Assembly: GCA_907165135.1 (NCBI GenBank)
Contig: OU015569.1
Span: forward strand, 9,362,001-9,426,000
Origin: Oikopleura dioica
Taxonomy: Eukaryota > Animalia > Chordata
Reading direction: 5' to 3'
Length of the DNA stretch: 64,000 nt
Of this stretch, positions 32,586-46,551 are shown one piece after another. The position numbers and the translations under genes are program-made. Numbering within the stretch: position 1 is the first letter of the stretch; every line of letters begins with the position of its first letter. The notes under the pieces were generated by a model, which was given only the letters and a program-made list of their open reading frames with translations, ran no database searches and was not told the origin of the DNA.

Positions 32586-33383
32586 TTAGTGGTGGTGGGG
32601 GCCCATGCCGTGCATATGGTGATGCTGGTCGTAAATTCGTCCTCTGTGGGAATGAGCTCCATGAGTTGGGTTGGTCGGCAAGCCGTACTTGTCCACCGCC
32701 ATGTGACTTGAATGAGCATCCCCAGGGAGATGATGATGATGATGACCATAGTTGTGCATACCATACGGTGTGTCATAGCCTACTGGCGGTGCGTCAGGTT
32801 CTCGAAACTTCCCCTCGTGATGTCGGTTTTCGATGCTAAAAATATTAACGTCAGTGAAAGAACCGTAACCCCAGGCTCTTACCTAAAATCCCGCGTATTG
32901 TCGTCATTCTTGAATACATTCAGACTTTGCGGCTTGGCATACTCAACTAAAAAAATGTCAGTCTGTTCTGGCTAATAAATATTCTACCTTTTATAGTGCA
33001 ACATCCACGATAGATATCGACTCCGTTGAGTGCTGCTTTCGCTCTTTGTGCTCCAACAATTGAATCAAACTCTATCATCGCCTGCACTGATTTCTTGCGA
33101 AAAATAACAATGCGCAACACTGGTCCAGCATAGGAGCATATACGCTGAAGTATTTGCTCAGTTTCAATACCTCGTAAACTCATTGACAAAAATATAATAT
33201 AGAGCTAAGGATAGGACTTACTTCCAACAATTTCGTGGTAATTGGATACATCGCGTCGAGAATTGTCAAAAGTAGAACATGTCCTGGTGGATTCTTGCAT
33301 TCTTCGTCGTTCTTTTTCTCGTCATCTCGATTATGGTTATGCCGATTGTGGCGATGATTGTGGCGGTTGTGCGGCGAGATCAT
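32586..33383 (-). CDS. Short hnRNP L-like protein: a single RRM (RRM2-type) flanked by His-rich low-complexity regions
   Basis: HVLLLTILDAMYPITT..ICSYAGPVLRIVIFRKKSVQAMIEFDS..AQRAKAALNGVDIYRGCCTIK.EYAKP..LNVFKND matches hnRNP L RRM2. A stop follows a His-rich tail at 32586-32588. Confidence 0.8.
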
Positions 33384-34300
33384 ACTAAAATGGATCTCAT
33401 AAGCTGCTGTCGAATGTAAATATATAAATCTCGGTCTTCGAATTTTTATTGAAGAGAAAAGAGAGTTTATGTTTGTATTTTCTTCAGAATATTACGAGGT
33501 GGTAAACCTGAGTAGTATTAAGGTGGTGGAAGCTGCCTAAAGTTTGAGGCGACAAAGAAAATCGTGCGAAATGTTATCAGAATAATATACAAAAAAATAA
33601 GATGGGGTTTTATCGGTCAGCAAGAGCTTTATCTTCTTAAATTGTGATGGTAAATGTTTTTGAAAGATTTATATACGCAGATTATGAAGGAACCAGCTAC
33701 GCTGACTAATTACAAAGATAATTGCCTTGTGAATCACAAGTTGAGATACCTTTATCTAGATCGTATTCATTTCTTATTTAGCCAAACCGTTGGTTTGTGA
33801 GATATTCGGGATTAAAATGAATCTATGTACAAATTTTGAAAATCCTATAAGTCAGTCTCGACTTGATCATATAAAAAGAGGCAAAATGAGAGTAAAAACT
33901 GAAATGCGGCCACGAAACTGGCATAAAGCGTACTTTGATATTGACAAAAGGAGGTCATTAAGCAACCTGCTAAATGGAAGGAACATAATTAATAATATAT
34001 AAAGAGACAATATAGTAAAAGAAAGGGATAAAAATCCGCTGATTCGCGAAAAATAGTAAAAATGGAACTTGGTGAGCAATGGAACTGATAATGCATTTAC
34101 ATAAAAACGAGGCGTGAGGCGCACCTGCCATGTAGAAAATTTAACGACCAGTAAAATGAGCGAAATTAATTCATGAAAACAGAAAATATCTTTGAAGAGA
34201 AAATTGAAGTTAGACACAGGAAGCGGAAATAAGGAAAAAGGTTTTTATGTCTTGCTTTACGGTAAGTAAAGTATAGAGGCAAAAGTGCCACGAAATTCAT

Positions 34301-36495
<2,195 letters not shown>

Positions 36496-37752
36496 TTCAT
36501 CAAGGAAATTCGAAGGAAGTAGAAAAATAGATAAAATCGATGGCTCGAGTGCTCATATTCCTCTCTCTAGTGATGACGACAAAAATCAATGCCGACATTA
36601 TGGCAGACTATGTTTTAGTGCTATCCCTTCCTTGATCCATGCTATGAGAGTTTTTATTCTCGCTCCAAACTTTTCGGTGACATCGCTGTGCCTTTTGTGA
36701 GCACTCGGATTTTGTAAGCAGTCTAAATAAAGTCGCTCTCAGTCCTCATATCCGCTGTTACTAATTTCTTTCAATCTCAATAAATGAACGGGCAGAGCTG
36801 AGATGATTTGGTTTTTCACGCAACGCTTGATCAACTATGACGCGATTACAGCGCGCTCAGCGTCTTACCAAAATGAATTTAATTGCGTTTTTCTTCAAAT
36901 CAATATTTCCGGGCCTTTATCAGCTTCAACTAACCTGCTCTGATAATAATTGCGTAGATGCTCTTTTAGGGTTCTCAAACACTACAAAAAGACACTAACC
37001 TGTCGGGCATAGGACAGCTTATTTGCTCTAACGGGCTCACCAGGAGATATATAAAAATGTGATCACTGTGTCCGGCGCACCCATTGACGTGAGCGCCGTC
37101 GGAAAATGTTTTTCGACTAACATCATCGGAGAAAGTGAAAGTTAATGAAAGTCAAAAATATGTTTTTATCATGCTTGATTTTCTGCCATGTCAAAGTTTC
37201 TTTGCACTCACAATAAGTTTCAGCTGGAGCTCTTTAGAAATATGTGAAGAACTACCTGTGAAGAGCAAATATCAATCCTGAGCCCTTTCATTCGCCAATA
37301 GTGTCCTATATAAAAAGGATGTATTAAGATCATCGATTTCCAGTTGATCAAGACAGACGTTGAATAAACTCGTTTCAGAATATTGATCGACTTGAGAATT
37401 CGCAAGTATATTTTATTTTTGGGTTTGCTTTTTGAACTAGATAATTAGCAGGAAGAACAGTTTATCAATTTAATTTTCTTTGCAGTTTGCCCAAGTCCGC
37501 TGAGTTTGGTATTGCACGGAAAATTATAGAAAAATACAGAAATGGAGAGTGGGCCAACGAAATTACATCATGAAATCAATTGTACAACGCTTGTTCAGAG
37601 TGATACTGTATGCAAAGGCCTGAAGAATGTGCTCAGTACCAAGAGACGTGAGGAATAAGGATAGCTCAATTAAGTTTTCAAGGCTGCTCATATTTGGCAT
37701 AGTGTTTACTCTTCGTTGTTTTTTTTTTATAAAAGTCTCTTGAAAACTTTCC

Positions 37753-39489
37753 TTAGAAATGGAAGTGGAACTTTTGTCCGCCACCCCCACGGAAACCTCC
37801 CCCGCCAGCGTTTCTGAACGGATTAAATCCGCTTCCAAATGGATTTCTGTTGTCTTCGGCAACTTGCTCGGCGTCAAGAGGGTCTTTTCCTGCGTCGAAC
37901 TGAGCTCTCATCTCATCATCAGTAAGCACTTCAAAAGCAGCAGCAATGTCAAGCCATTGTTGCTCAGCCTTTTTGAGTTGCTCTTCGTTCTAAAGTTATT
38001 GATCAATATCTCACATGACGAGTTATCAGTTTATATCAAGTTACTTACCGCGTCAGGATTATCTTTTGCGAATGCATCGGGATGCGCCTTTGCCGCCTTT
38101 TCTCTGTATGCTTTCTTGATTTCCTTCTTCTTCGCTTTTCTGTTGACGCCGAGAATCTTGTAGTAATCGCGCTTCTTCGATTGTTTCAGACGCTTTTTAG
38201 CTTCTTGAATCAGCCTCTCAATATCAGCGTAGTTGTTATCAATTTCTTGAGCCTTTTCCAGGTCAGCAAGCGCTTCTTCGTAATTTCCAAGAACTGTGTG
38301 AAGTTCTGAGCGGCGGACATACGTTCGAGCGTGATTATCGTCTAGCTCCAGCGCCCTAGGAGAAAACGATAATTCCGCAACACGCTACAATAAACTCACC
38401 TGTTACAATGTTCGATTCCGGTTTCGTCCTTCAAGGCTGCAGAACCTCGGCATCTCAACTGCTCGATTTCTGCCTTCACTTGATGAATATTGTCTTTATT
38501 CGCGCTTTCGGCAGATTCCAAGGACTCGAATGTTTTTTTCCAGTTGTTCTTGGTAGCAGCATCATTGGCAGCAACGAGGTGCTTGTTAAGCTTCTTCACT
38601 TTCTTATAGTGATCGCCACAAGCTGAAAGAATGCTAGGATAAGTCGTCATTAGAAATACTGCACCTTTGTGATCTTGATCGAGTCGTAAGCACTCTCGGA
38701 TGGATTCCAAACTTTGTTCTACCTGTCCTTGCGAATAGTAGAGAGTCGAGATTTTCAACCACGCTTTCGTGTTGTCAGGGTTAAGTTTAGTCGTTGGTCT
38801 AAATATTAAATAAGTTCGAAATCAAAAATTAAAAGGGAGGTACCTCAAGTCTAAAATAGCATCAGCGAACTTGCCACGGTGTTCATAGCATGAAGCTCGA
38901 GCTTCAAGATATTCGATGTTCCATGGAGATTTTTCTAGGAGTGTAGTCAAGTGAGCAATGGCTTCTTCAAACGAGTTTTCTTTGTACATGGCGGCATGGT
39001 AGGCCTTGTCAGCTTCTTTGAGTGCCTAAATGAGACAATTAGTAAATCAATGATTTCCCAATTATTCCGAATAGTAAATTCGCACCTGGATTTCGTTTCT
39101 TTTAGCCTCGTCGTTTTTGAAATCCTCCTCCGCGAGATCGTAACGTCCTTGCTTGATGTAGATTTTTCCTCGTTCCGTTTGGGCCTGCTTGAAGTCAGGG
39201 CGAATTTCCAATACTGCTGTCAAGTCTGGAATCGCGTTTTTAGTTTTGCCCAGAGCCTGATAGACTGTGGCTCGTCTATAGAGAGCCTGGTAGTTCCTAC
39301 GAAAAAAGATGTTAAAAAAGAAACGGATAACTGATCTTACTTGGGATCCTTTTGCAAAACATCGGAGTAAGCTTCGACAGCTTCTGATAATCTATTCTGT
39401 GCCAAAAATTGGTTTGCTTTTTCCATCGTCGTCGCGATGACGATGTCGATGAAAAATATAAATATTAGATAAGCGACTCCGAGATCCAT
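37753..39489 (-). CDS. DNAJC3: DnaJ homolog subfamily C member 3 (P58IPK): signal peptide, TPRs, J domain
   Basis: A hydrophobic N-terminus is followed by TPR repeats and KRDYYKILGV..AYR..HPD..AEQQWLDIAAAFEVLTD..FDAGKDPLD. The protein ends QKFHFHF*. Confidence 0.92.
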
Positions 39490-39952
39490 CCTAGAAAAAG
39501 TTGTAAAGAGTCAAGGGCCGTAGAAATGAGCGACAGTGGAATTACAGGAGCGAAATCTCGATGCTTTGAAGTAATGTTAGTTGACTCCGTGAAAGAAATA
39601 ATCGGATAGAAAGGGCAGAACTAACACTCGACGAGAAATTGGTCATTTACAAAGATTGGTACTCGGCAACTGCATAGGGGGTAAATGATCACGCTCGTTG
39701 AGGGTCATTCTTTCACAGACTACAGAAACACAAAATTTTGACATTATACAGAAATGAAGTCACAATTGCAGATTGGTCATGCACTGGAAGAAAGGTAATT
39801 CTCGGATGTAGTTAATTAGAGGATGGGTAAAAAATATTGATAAAAAATAACGATCACATTTGACGCGTTTTGGTGTGGAACATGCAACGGGAGCACCGGG
39901 CTGAATTTTGTGTAACGAGAAGATGATTTAATTATGCTACAGTTTTTCTCCT

Positions 39953-42118
39953 CTAAAGCTGTTGATCGGTTTGGCCTGCTATGTCTCGCGCTTCTTGAGC
40001 AGCTAGTAATTTCTATAGTTTCATTTAGGATGGAGCGCTTACCTCTGATCTTCGCAGCCATTTCCTCTTGCTGGGCCATAAGTTTCTCTCTGACCTCTTT
40101 CTGGGCCTTCTCCATATTCGCTTTAGCAGCTTTAATTTGCTCCTCGTATTCCCCTTCTTTATTCTTGAGCATATTCTCGACATCTTCTTTCAATCTCTCA
40201 TATTTGATGCGCATTTCCTCCATATCAGCTAGAGTCAAAACATTATTTTCTAGAAATATTATTCTTTCTCTCTTACCGTCTGTCATGTAGGCTTCAATCT
40301 GTTTCTTTGCGAGGTCTTGCTTCATCGCAAGAGTTTCTTTGCCCATTTCGACGGCATCAGCATGTTTCGCCATGAGACCGAGCTCACGCTGATTGAGATC
40401 GTTCTCAGTCTTCTTGATAGCCTGGAAATGCATTGTTAGGCGACAATCCAAAAACGCGTGCCGCAGCATTACCTGATCAATCATAGGGTCGTTGAGTTCT
40501 TGAGCCTTGGCCTTGGCGTCAACGAACTGCTTCTTTTGATTGGCAAGTTTAAGCGCTTCTTCCTTCAGATTCGCGAGTCGTTGTTTGAGTTCAGCTTCGT
40601 GGGCAGCCACTCGTTCTTTGTACTCCTATTTCTCGATAATTACAAACAAGAGACACCTTTATTAAACCTTTAATTCTTGTGAAGTGTAGACCTCGCCTTT
40701 TTCGATCATTTCATCGATCATATGGTAGGTGTTCGTTGGCTTGACAAATTCCATAGAATTTGTGTAATCCATGAATTCTTTGAGCGAGATGGCGCCGTCT
40801 TCGTTCACGTCCACTTCCTTCATGACATGTTCTCGCATTCTAGCGCGTTCTTCTTCCATTTCGCGGATATCATCCTAAACCAACTTGTTATCATCATCGC
40901 ATGAAAATCAATCGCTTACATCAGGATTGTTAGGGTCGTAGACTTTGTCAAGTTCCGCCTGAAAAATCGCCTCCAGTTCGTAGGGATCAATGTACATGTC
41001 GCCGTTCACATCTGAAGATTAATAAATAATGAAACAAAAAATACGCTTCAGCGACACCAAAACACCACTCAAACGGGAAAACATTAACTGTTACACGTCT
41101 ATTACCGTGTAATAGAAAAAAGGTTCTTGGATCGAAAGCCTGGCCAGCCATTCGATCCTCCTCTTCCCACACCTCTTGAAGTTGCTTTTTAGAGCCCTAG
41201 AAATGGTAATTCACCGCGTAAAAGAGCACCGTCTGGCTTTCAAGTGCTGATTAAAAATGACTTCACCAAAATCGATCTATTTTACCGTGAAGTAAGAAAA
41301 AGTTTTAGCGTCGAACTTTTCGTCTTTCAAATGGTCAATACTCTTCCAGACGTCGAGTATAAATTTTTGGGAGAACTAAGGTGATAAGAATTGAAAACAA
41401 ACGCGTCTCGGGAAGCGACTTACTGGATGAGGTATTTTTTGGTGATCGTTGTGACGTTTGCGCTTTTGTTTTTGTTCCTCGAGCAGAGCCGCCTTTTGCG
41501 CTTCGTCCATTTTCGCCATTTTTTCCTCCAAGTCAAGTTGCTTTTGAATTTCGTATTCAATGAATTCTTTGTGTCTTTTTTCGTCGTAATTCTGGAGGTC
41601 GGCGGTGGCGGTGCCTATCAGCTTCTCGAGATCTTTAGGGGAGAAGGACTCGGGATTGAAATGGTCGAAGTGACCAGCAGCAGCCTCGACAATCGCGCGT
41701 TGGTTCACCTGCTTTCCCTTCTCCATCGTCGCTTTCATTTTTAGCAGCTTTCGAATTCGATCAACTTCTTTTCGCTTGAGAACATCGAGTTCGTCCCGCA
41801 CGTGTTTTGCAACGTTGTTTAGTTCTTTCGAAAAAGTGGCGATCTTCACCTCGTCCAGGTTTACGTTTTGCATCTTTTCTCGGAAAGCCGGATCTTTGTC
41901 CAGCGTCTTTATCACTTCTTGCAAATAGCTGTCGTAGAAGAGTCCTAATTACCAAATAATGGGAAATCAATGGCAAAGCTTATCTTCCTATATTTTTTGA
42001 AAATTAAGTTACCTGTATCGATAGCTTCTCCAACTGCAGGACCTTGTTGTGGCTCCTCCACCGGAACCGACCTCGAAAAGGCCAGTCCAACGAGCCCAGA
42101 TAAAGCTAACAGAAACAT
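39953..42118 (-). CDS. NUCB: Nucleobindin (NUCB1/2): signal peptide, EF hands, long coiled-coil tail
   Basis: YDSYLQEVIKTLDKDPAFREK..SKEL..HVRDELDVLKRKEVDR, HPGSKKQLQEVWEE.D..FDPRTFF.LHDVNGD, ELEAIFQAELDKVYDP, and EERARMREHVMKEVDVNEDGAISLKEF. Confidence 0.93.
41286..41375 (-). other. Duplicated paralogous exon inside the nucleobindin gene
   Basis: The segment has an AG acceptor and GT donor and encodes FSQKFILDVWKSIDHLKDEKFDAKTF.., which aligns residue-for-residue with the downstream exon GSKKQLQEVWEEEDRMAGQAFDPRTFFLLH (41106-41196). Confidence 0.7.
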
Positions 42119-43134
42119 TCTAAAAGTATTTTCTTCGTTATTTCAATTCTCCAACAGCAGATTATTTATCAGATTCTCTTGAACAAACGCGCAAGGAAAG
42201 CGTCGCCTTGGTGGATTTATCATTTGTAGGAGAGTTACGTGGCCCTGGGCACTTGCGCTGTCATGCTCGCGTCAGCGAATGGGAGCCACGACGATTTAGT
42301 TGCGCTGCGAGGTGGAATGGCTCAGCCGGACTGTCCGATACTGGATCACTGGTCACGGCCCACGCATTCATGACAACCCTTCCTTACAAATTTATCCGTT
42401 GGAGTTAGTTGAAGACCCCGCTCCTCGACCAAAATCTCTAGAATTGTTGTCTTCTCCTCTTGTTGTAATCTCTTGCAAATATCGCCAGTCTTCGGATTTC
42501 CACCGTCCGAAAAGGCCAGTATAAAGGTAATGTAATCCGGATTACGAAAAGTCTTTTTCTACAACATTTTCAAAATTTACTTTATTAATCAAATTCATAG
42601 ATTGCCAGTGAAATCAAGGAAGACGACCGAGAACCGGCTACAAGCTCAGCATGATTGGAAAACCAATCAATCATACCTATTTCTTCTCAAACAGAAATGC
42701 ACAAGCAAAAATCCTGAATAAAATCAATTTCCAACCCTTGTCTAACGGTCAGACTCTGACCATTATTTCTCCAGTCAATAGTTTTGACCGAAGAAATAGT
42801 AGATCGAAGTTGTCTCATTGATGCATTTTAAAATAAAGAATAGAAAAGGCAAACGAATATTCGATTTCATCTTGATGCTTTCGAAAAGTAGTAGTACTCT
42901 GTCAGTAGCGCTGTTAGTTCCTTGCAAAGCGGCTCCTGGTATTACTGGCAATTCAGTTGTCTCTGACCGCTGTGTCTTCCAGATGCTCACTTATTTTCAC
43001 GAACTTTTTCTTTCACTGCTCCACACTGTTTTCTTGCAAGTTAAGATTCGATTTATTAGAACTTGCACTGAGAAAAGCATCTTATTTTCCAATCTTCTCC
43101 AAACTTAATTCTTCCTAAAGAATGCTGCTGAAGT

Positions 43135-43894
43135 TTAGTCCTTGCTCTGGAATTGTCGATAGATCTCCAACAGATTGACATGCTCCTTGTCAAACTCGCA
43201 CTGACTCTCGCGCACAATGTGATCTAAAAAAAGCTCTCACGATGATAATTTTAATTCCCCGTTTCCCATGAGAAGCAATTGGAATCGAAAAGAAAGAATG
43301 TGTACCGTTAGCTTTGAGGAAATCGGCGAACTTGTTAGCAGTAGCAATCATACTGACGCCGATCGCATCTCTGTAAATATCTGCATCTTCGCTGGCCTTT
43401 TTCTTTTCAATGCTATTCTTCATTGCTCGCTGATACTCTTCTTGAAGCGCGCCGAACTTCTCCTTCATTTCCAAATAATCTGATAGATATATTTATGATG
43501 TAACAATCGAACTAGGTTCAAATTACCTGCGAATATTCTGCTGTGCTTTCGGGAACCGCCGCAACAGTCCTTTTTCATAAACTCGTCAAAAGTTAAAATG
43601 CTGCTGCATTTCTTAGCGGGACACTTGAACTTGCCATTCGTAACTTGAAGCGGGTTCTCGATCAGATTTTGACCAAAAGCCTCGACTTGCGAGGATGAAG
43701 CGAAGATGCACTTTACGCACTTCCATTTTGTGGCACCTGTCTTTTTCGCTTTTATTTTTGCATGGACTTTGGTAAAACTAAACAGTGATTCAGCTTAATA
43801 TCCTTCGAAAAATTCGTGCTGCTTACCCGCCGCAACTTCCGCAAGCTTCTCCGCTGTGAACAAACTCTTTCGATATCGCTTCGATCTCATTCAT
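43135..43894 (-). CDS. Uncharacterised Cys-rich (degenerate RING/zinc-finger-like) plus coiled-coil protein; 3' end uncertain (may extend towards 42500)
   Basis: Clean GT-AG splicing gives MNEIEAISKEFVHSGEACGSCGGFTK..WKCVKC..FKCPAKKC..DCCGG, followed by a helical EKFGALQEEYQRAM segment. Confidence 0.55.
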
Positions 43895-44305
43895 TTTCTC
43901 GTTTTTTTAAAGACGCAGGACCTATCCTTCGTTTGGTAGACCACTCAGGTTGAATTGTTAACGGGACTTATCGAATCATGAGTAACCGAGAGACGACGAG
44001 ATCACACAGTTTCCGAGATTTCTGCCCCTGCTTTGGGTTCACCCCTGAGTCATCTCAATCAGTTGAGGAGGGATATTTTTATTTGATTAGTAACCTTAAT
44101 ATGTGGTAGTTTTTTATTTTTCTTTGCCCGAGTGTCCAAAATTGAGCCTAATACAGCCGAAAGCATTTTGACTCTCAGACGCAGGGTATCGTCGGGCTTG
44201 TTTTCGAATCAAGGTCTCCGTGTCGAGCAAGCAAAGAAACGATAAATCGCCACTTTATAACAAATATAATCGAATAAAACAGTTAATTTTTCGAAAAATA
44301 AGAGC

Positions 44306-44739
44306 ATGTCCCAATCATCCCAAAGTGCAGTGTGCGATCAACTTATGACGAAACTAGACTATGAAGAAGACAGGGCTGCAAGTTAGTAATTCGCGAATGC
44401 TTGTGAATATCAATTTTATAGTGACTTTTGTTCGACGGCGACGAATTGTGGACGAGACTAAAGCTCGAGTGCGGGAGTTGAAAAATCTTTTCAACAAAAA
44501 TCACCAAGAATTGGCACCGCTCCTATCGCAATTTCAAGAGTCAGTGAAGAGAGGAGAGCCAGCGTATTGCAGAGAACATCTTCAACAAGGTGAGCTACCT
44601 TTACAATTACTCATTTTCATTTTATTCAGCGATCGAGAAGCATCAGCGAAGGAAAGACAAGCTCGTTTGCGAAATTCAAGAGCTCGAGCGAATGCTGATC
44701 GATCGAGCGAACTTGGACTTTGCAAGACCGCAATACTAA
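44306..44739 (+). CDS. Small uncharacterised helical/coiled-coil protein (about 117 aa, 3 exons)
   Basis: Two GT-AG introns join MSQSSQSAVCDQLMTKLDYEEDRAAM..RVRELKNLF..AIEKHQRRKDKLVCEIQELERML..PQY* in frame. Confidence 0.6.
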
Positions 44740-44904
44740 TACTTTAGCGTTAGTGATACTATAGCTAAGCTGTTGATCAGCCACACAACTTGATTAATCT
44801 GCTTCCAATAAACCAAAAAAAACTTAAAATAGCCATACTGTTCTATTTTTATTGATCGAATTTAGTTTGATGAATACACAATAATCACATGTCAGTTGCT
44901 ATCT

Positions 44905-45943
44905 TTACAGCTCGTCGTGTCTTCTAAATGGCGTCGGATATTTGAACGACTTTTTTAAGTTGAGTGTAAAAGTTTTTTTAATTCATAGATTATTAATTCC
45001 ATTATTGTAAAGGAAATTTAATTATTGATGATTTTCAACTTTCCTGGATGATATTTTCTCGGGATTTCATTCCTACTTTTGCTTCTTTCGTAATACTTTT
45101 ATCATTTAACCCTTAAATCATATTCAATTCGGTAGTCACTGGTATATGTTACCTTTCGAAATTCTAGCTTCTTCCTTACTTATGAAATCTTCTCCCTGTT
45201 CCAATATTTTCTTCATTATTTTAACATAAGTTTCGGCGTGATACTTAATTTTTATATTTGATAAACTTCTTCATCAAATTAAACCTTTTCTAGTTTGTCC
45301 GAAATTTTGTCCGCAGCAGCTTGAGCCTTTTCTTGAATTTCCTGCTTCTCGCCCTTTTTCTCGCTTTTCATGAAATCAGCTGCAAGCTCATCAAAGCTAA
45401 ATCCTTCAATAAAATAAGAGCCACGTCAAGTTTTTACCGTTCGATGCATGTAGGCAAGCCAACATAGACTCCATTTTGTTTCAAAAATGACAAGACTTGA
45501 GTTCGCTTTTTCACCGTTCCATCGAAAGTTAGAGCTGCAGTCGGGTCAGAAGATCCCCGAAAAAGTTTGTATACCGGGTAGTCTTCAATCTTGACTCCAT
45601 AGGTTTGAGCGAGGTCTTGGTTCTCTTGGTCGCCATATTCGTTGATGTTCACTTCGGCAACGAGAAGATCTGGATTCTGGGCGGCGAACTTTGCCACTTG
45701 TTTGAACTCGTCATGCAAGTCTCCGAATGGATATGCGGTGTCGAACTGTTTTTAGGAATTAAGAGGGGAAAAAGCTTGCAAGAGTTTGAATTTAGTTTTC
45801 AGTTATATTCCTTCCTTAACAAGAGTGTATTTTGTCTTCGAGATGATCTTATCAAAGGTCAGCGAATCTAAAGGAAGACTTCCGCGCACTAGCAGCGCTT
45901 CAACTACATCCGTGGCCAATAAATAGGCGAGTGATAACTTCAT
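44905..45943 (-). CDS. ERP29: Endoplasmic reticulum resident protein 29
   Basis: Signal peptide, LVRGSLPLDSLTFDKII, LVKFDTAYPFGDLHDEFK, LLVAEV..EYGDQENQDLA and the helical D-domain YVKIMKKILEQGEDFISKE are present. The C-terminus is HDEL*. Two GA-AG introns are required. Confidence 0.92.
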
Positions 45944-46551
45944 TTTACTTTCTCTGGGCTAGAAATGTGCAAAAAAGCTTCAACACAAATGTTCGTTTTA
46001 TAGCCGCGCGTCTGACCGCGGGGCAAACGGATGAAAACACCAGTTGAAGTCGCCTTTAAAAAGTCGGGATGGACGCGCTTGTTCCGATTATATCGGACAC
46101 CTGAGTTGCCGACAAGCTATTTGCGAGCATGACGTAGTCTTTCTTGCGATGGGGAGAGGCAAAAACTACTTTTACGTATGAGCTTTATTGTTTTGCAGTG
46201 TTTAACTTTCGGATCTTGTTTTGCGGATTGGACAGTGGCTTGGCTGTGTGATGCTTCTTCATACAGGGTCGCTTGAAGAAATGGTGATTGAGGTATTTCC
46301 GGTCGGTATTGGAAATAATAAAGACGGCGCGCGACTGGTGCACGCAATATTCTACTACAGTCATGTGTGAATGGAAAAGCTTGAACATTGAAGAACATCA
46401 AGAATGCGGAGACGTGTCGTTTTCGAACATATTCGTCGTCTTGAAAAGAGGAGTTGTTCCATTCACTGCTGGTTGATTGCTTTCTCGGGCAAGTAATGAG
46501 TTCCATTCTGTTCCGTTCTGGGACGGCATGAAGCTCGTTCGGGGAGTAGCG

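Noticed and set aside
37790-37810. Suspected frameshift at the DNAJC3 C-terminus
   Set aside because: Recounting the G run shows the frame is intact through to QKFHFHF*.
45421-45428. UPRE-like TGACGTGG in an ERp29 intron
   Set aside because: A single 8-mer is expected by chance in 64 kb, and it is not in a promoter position.
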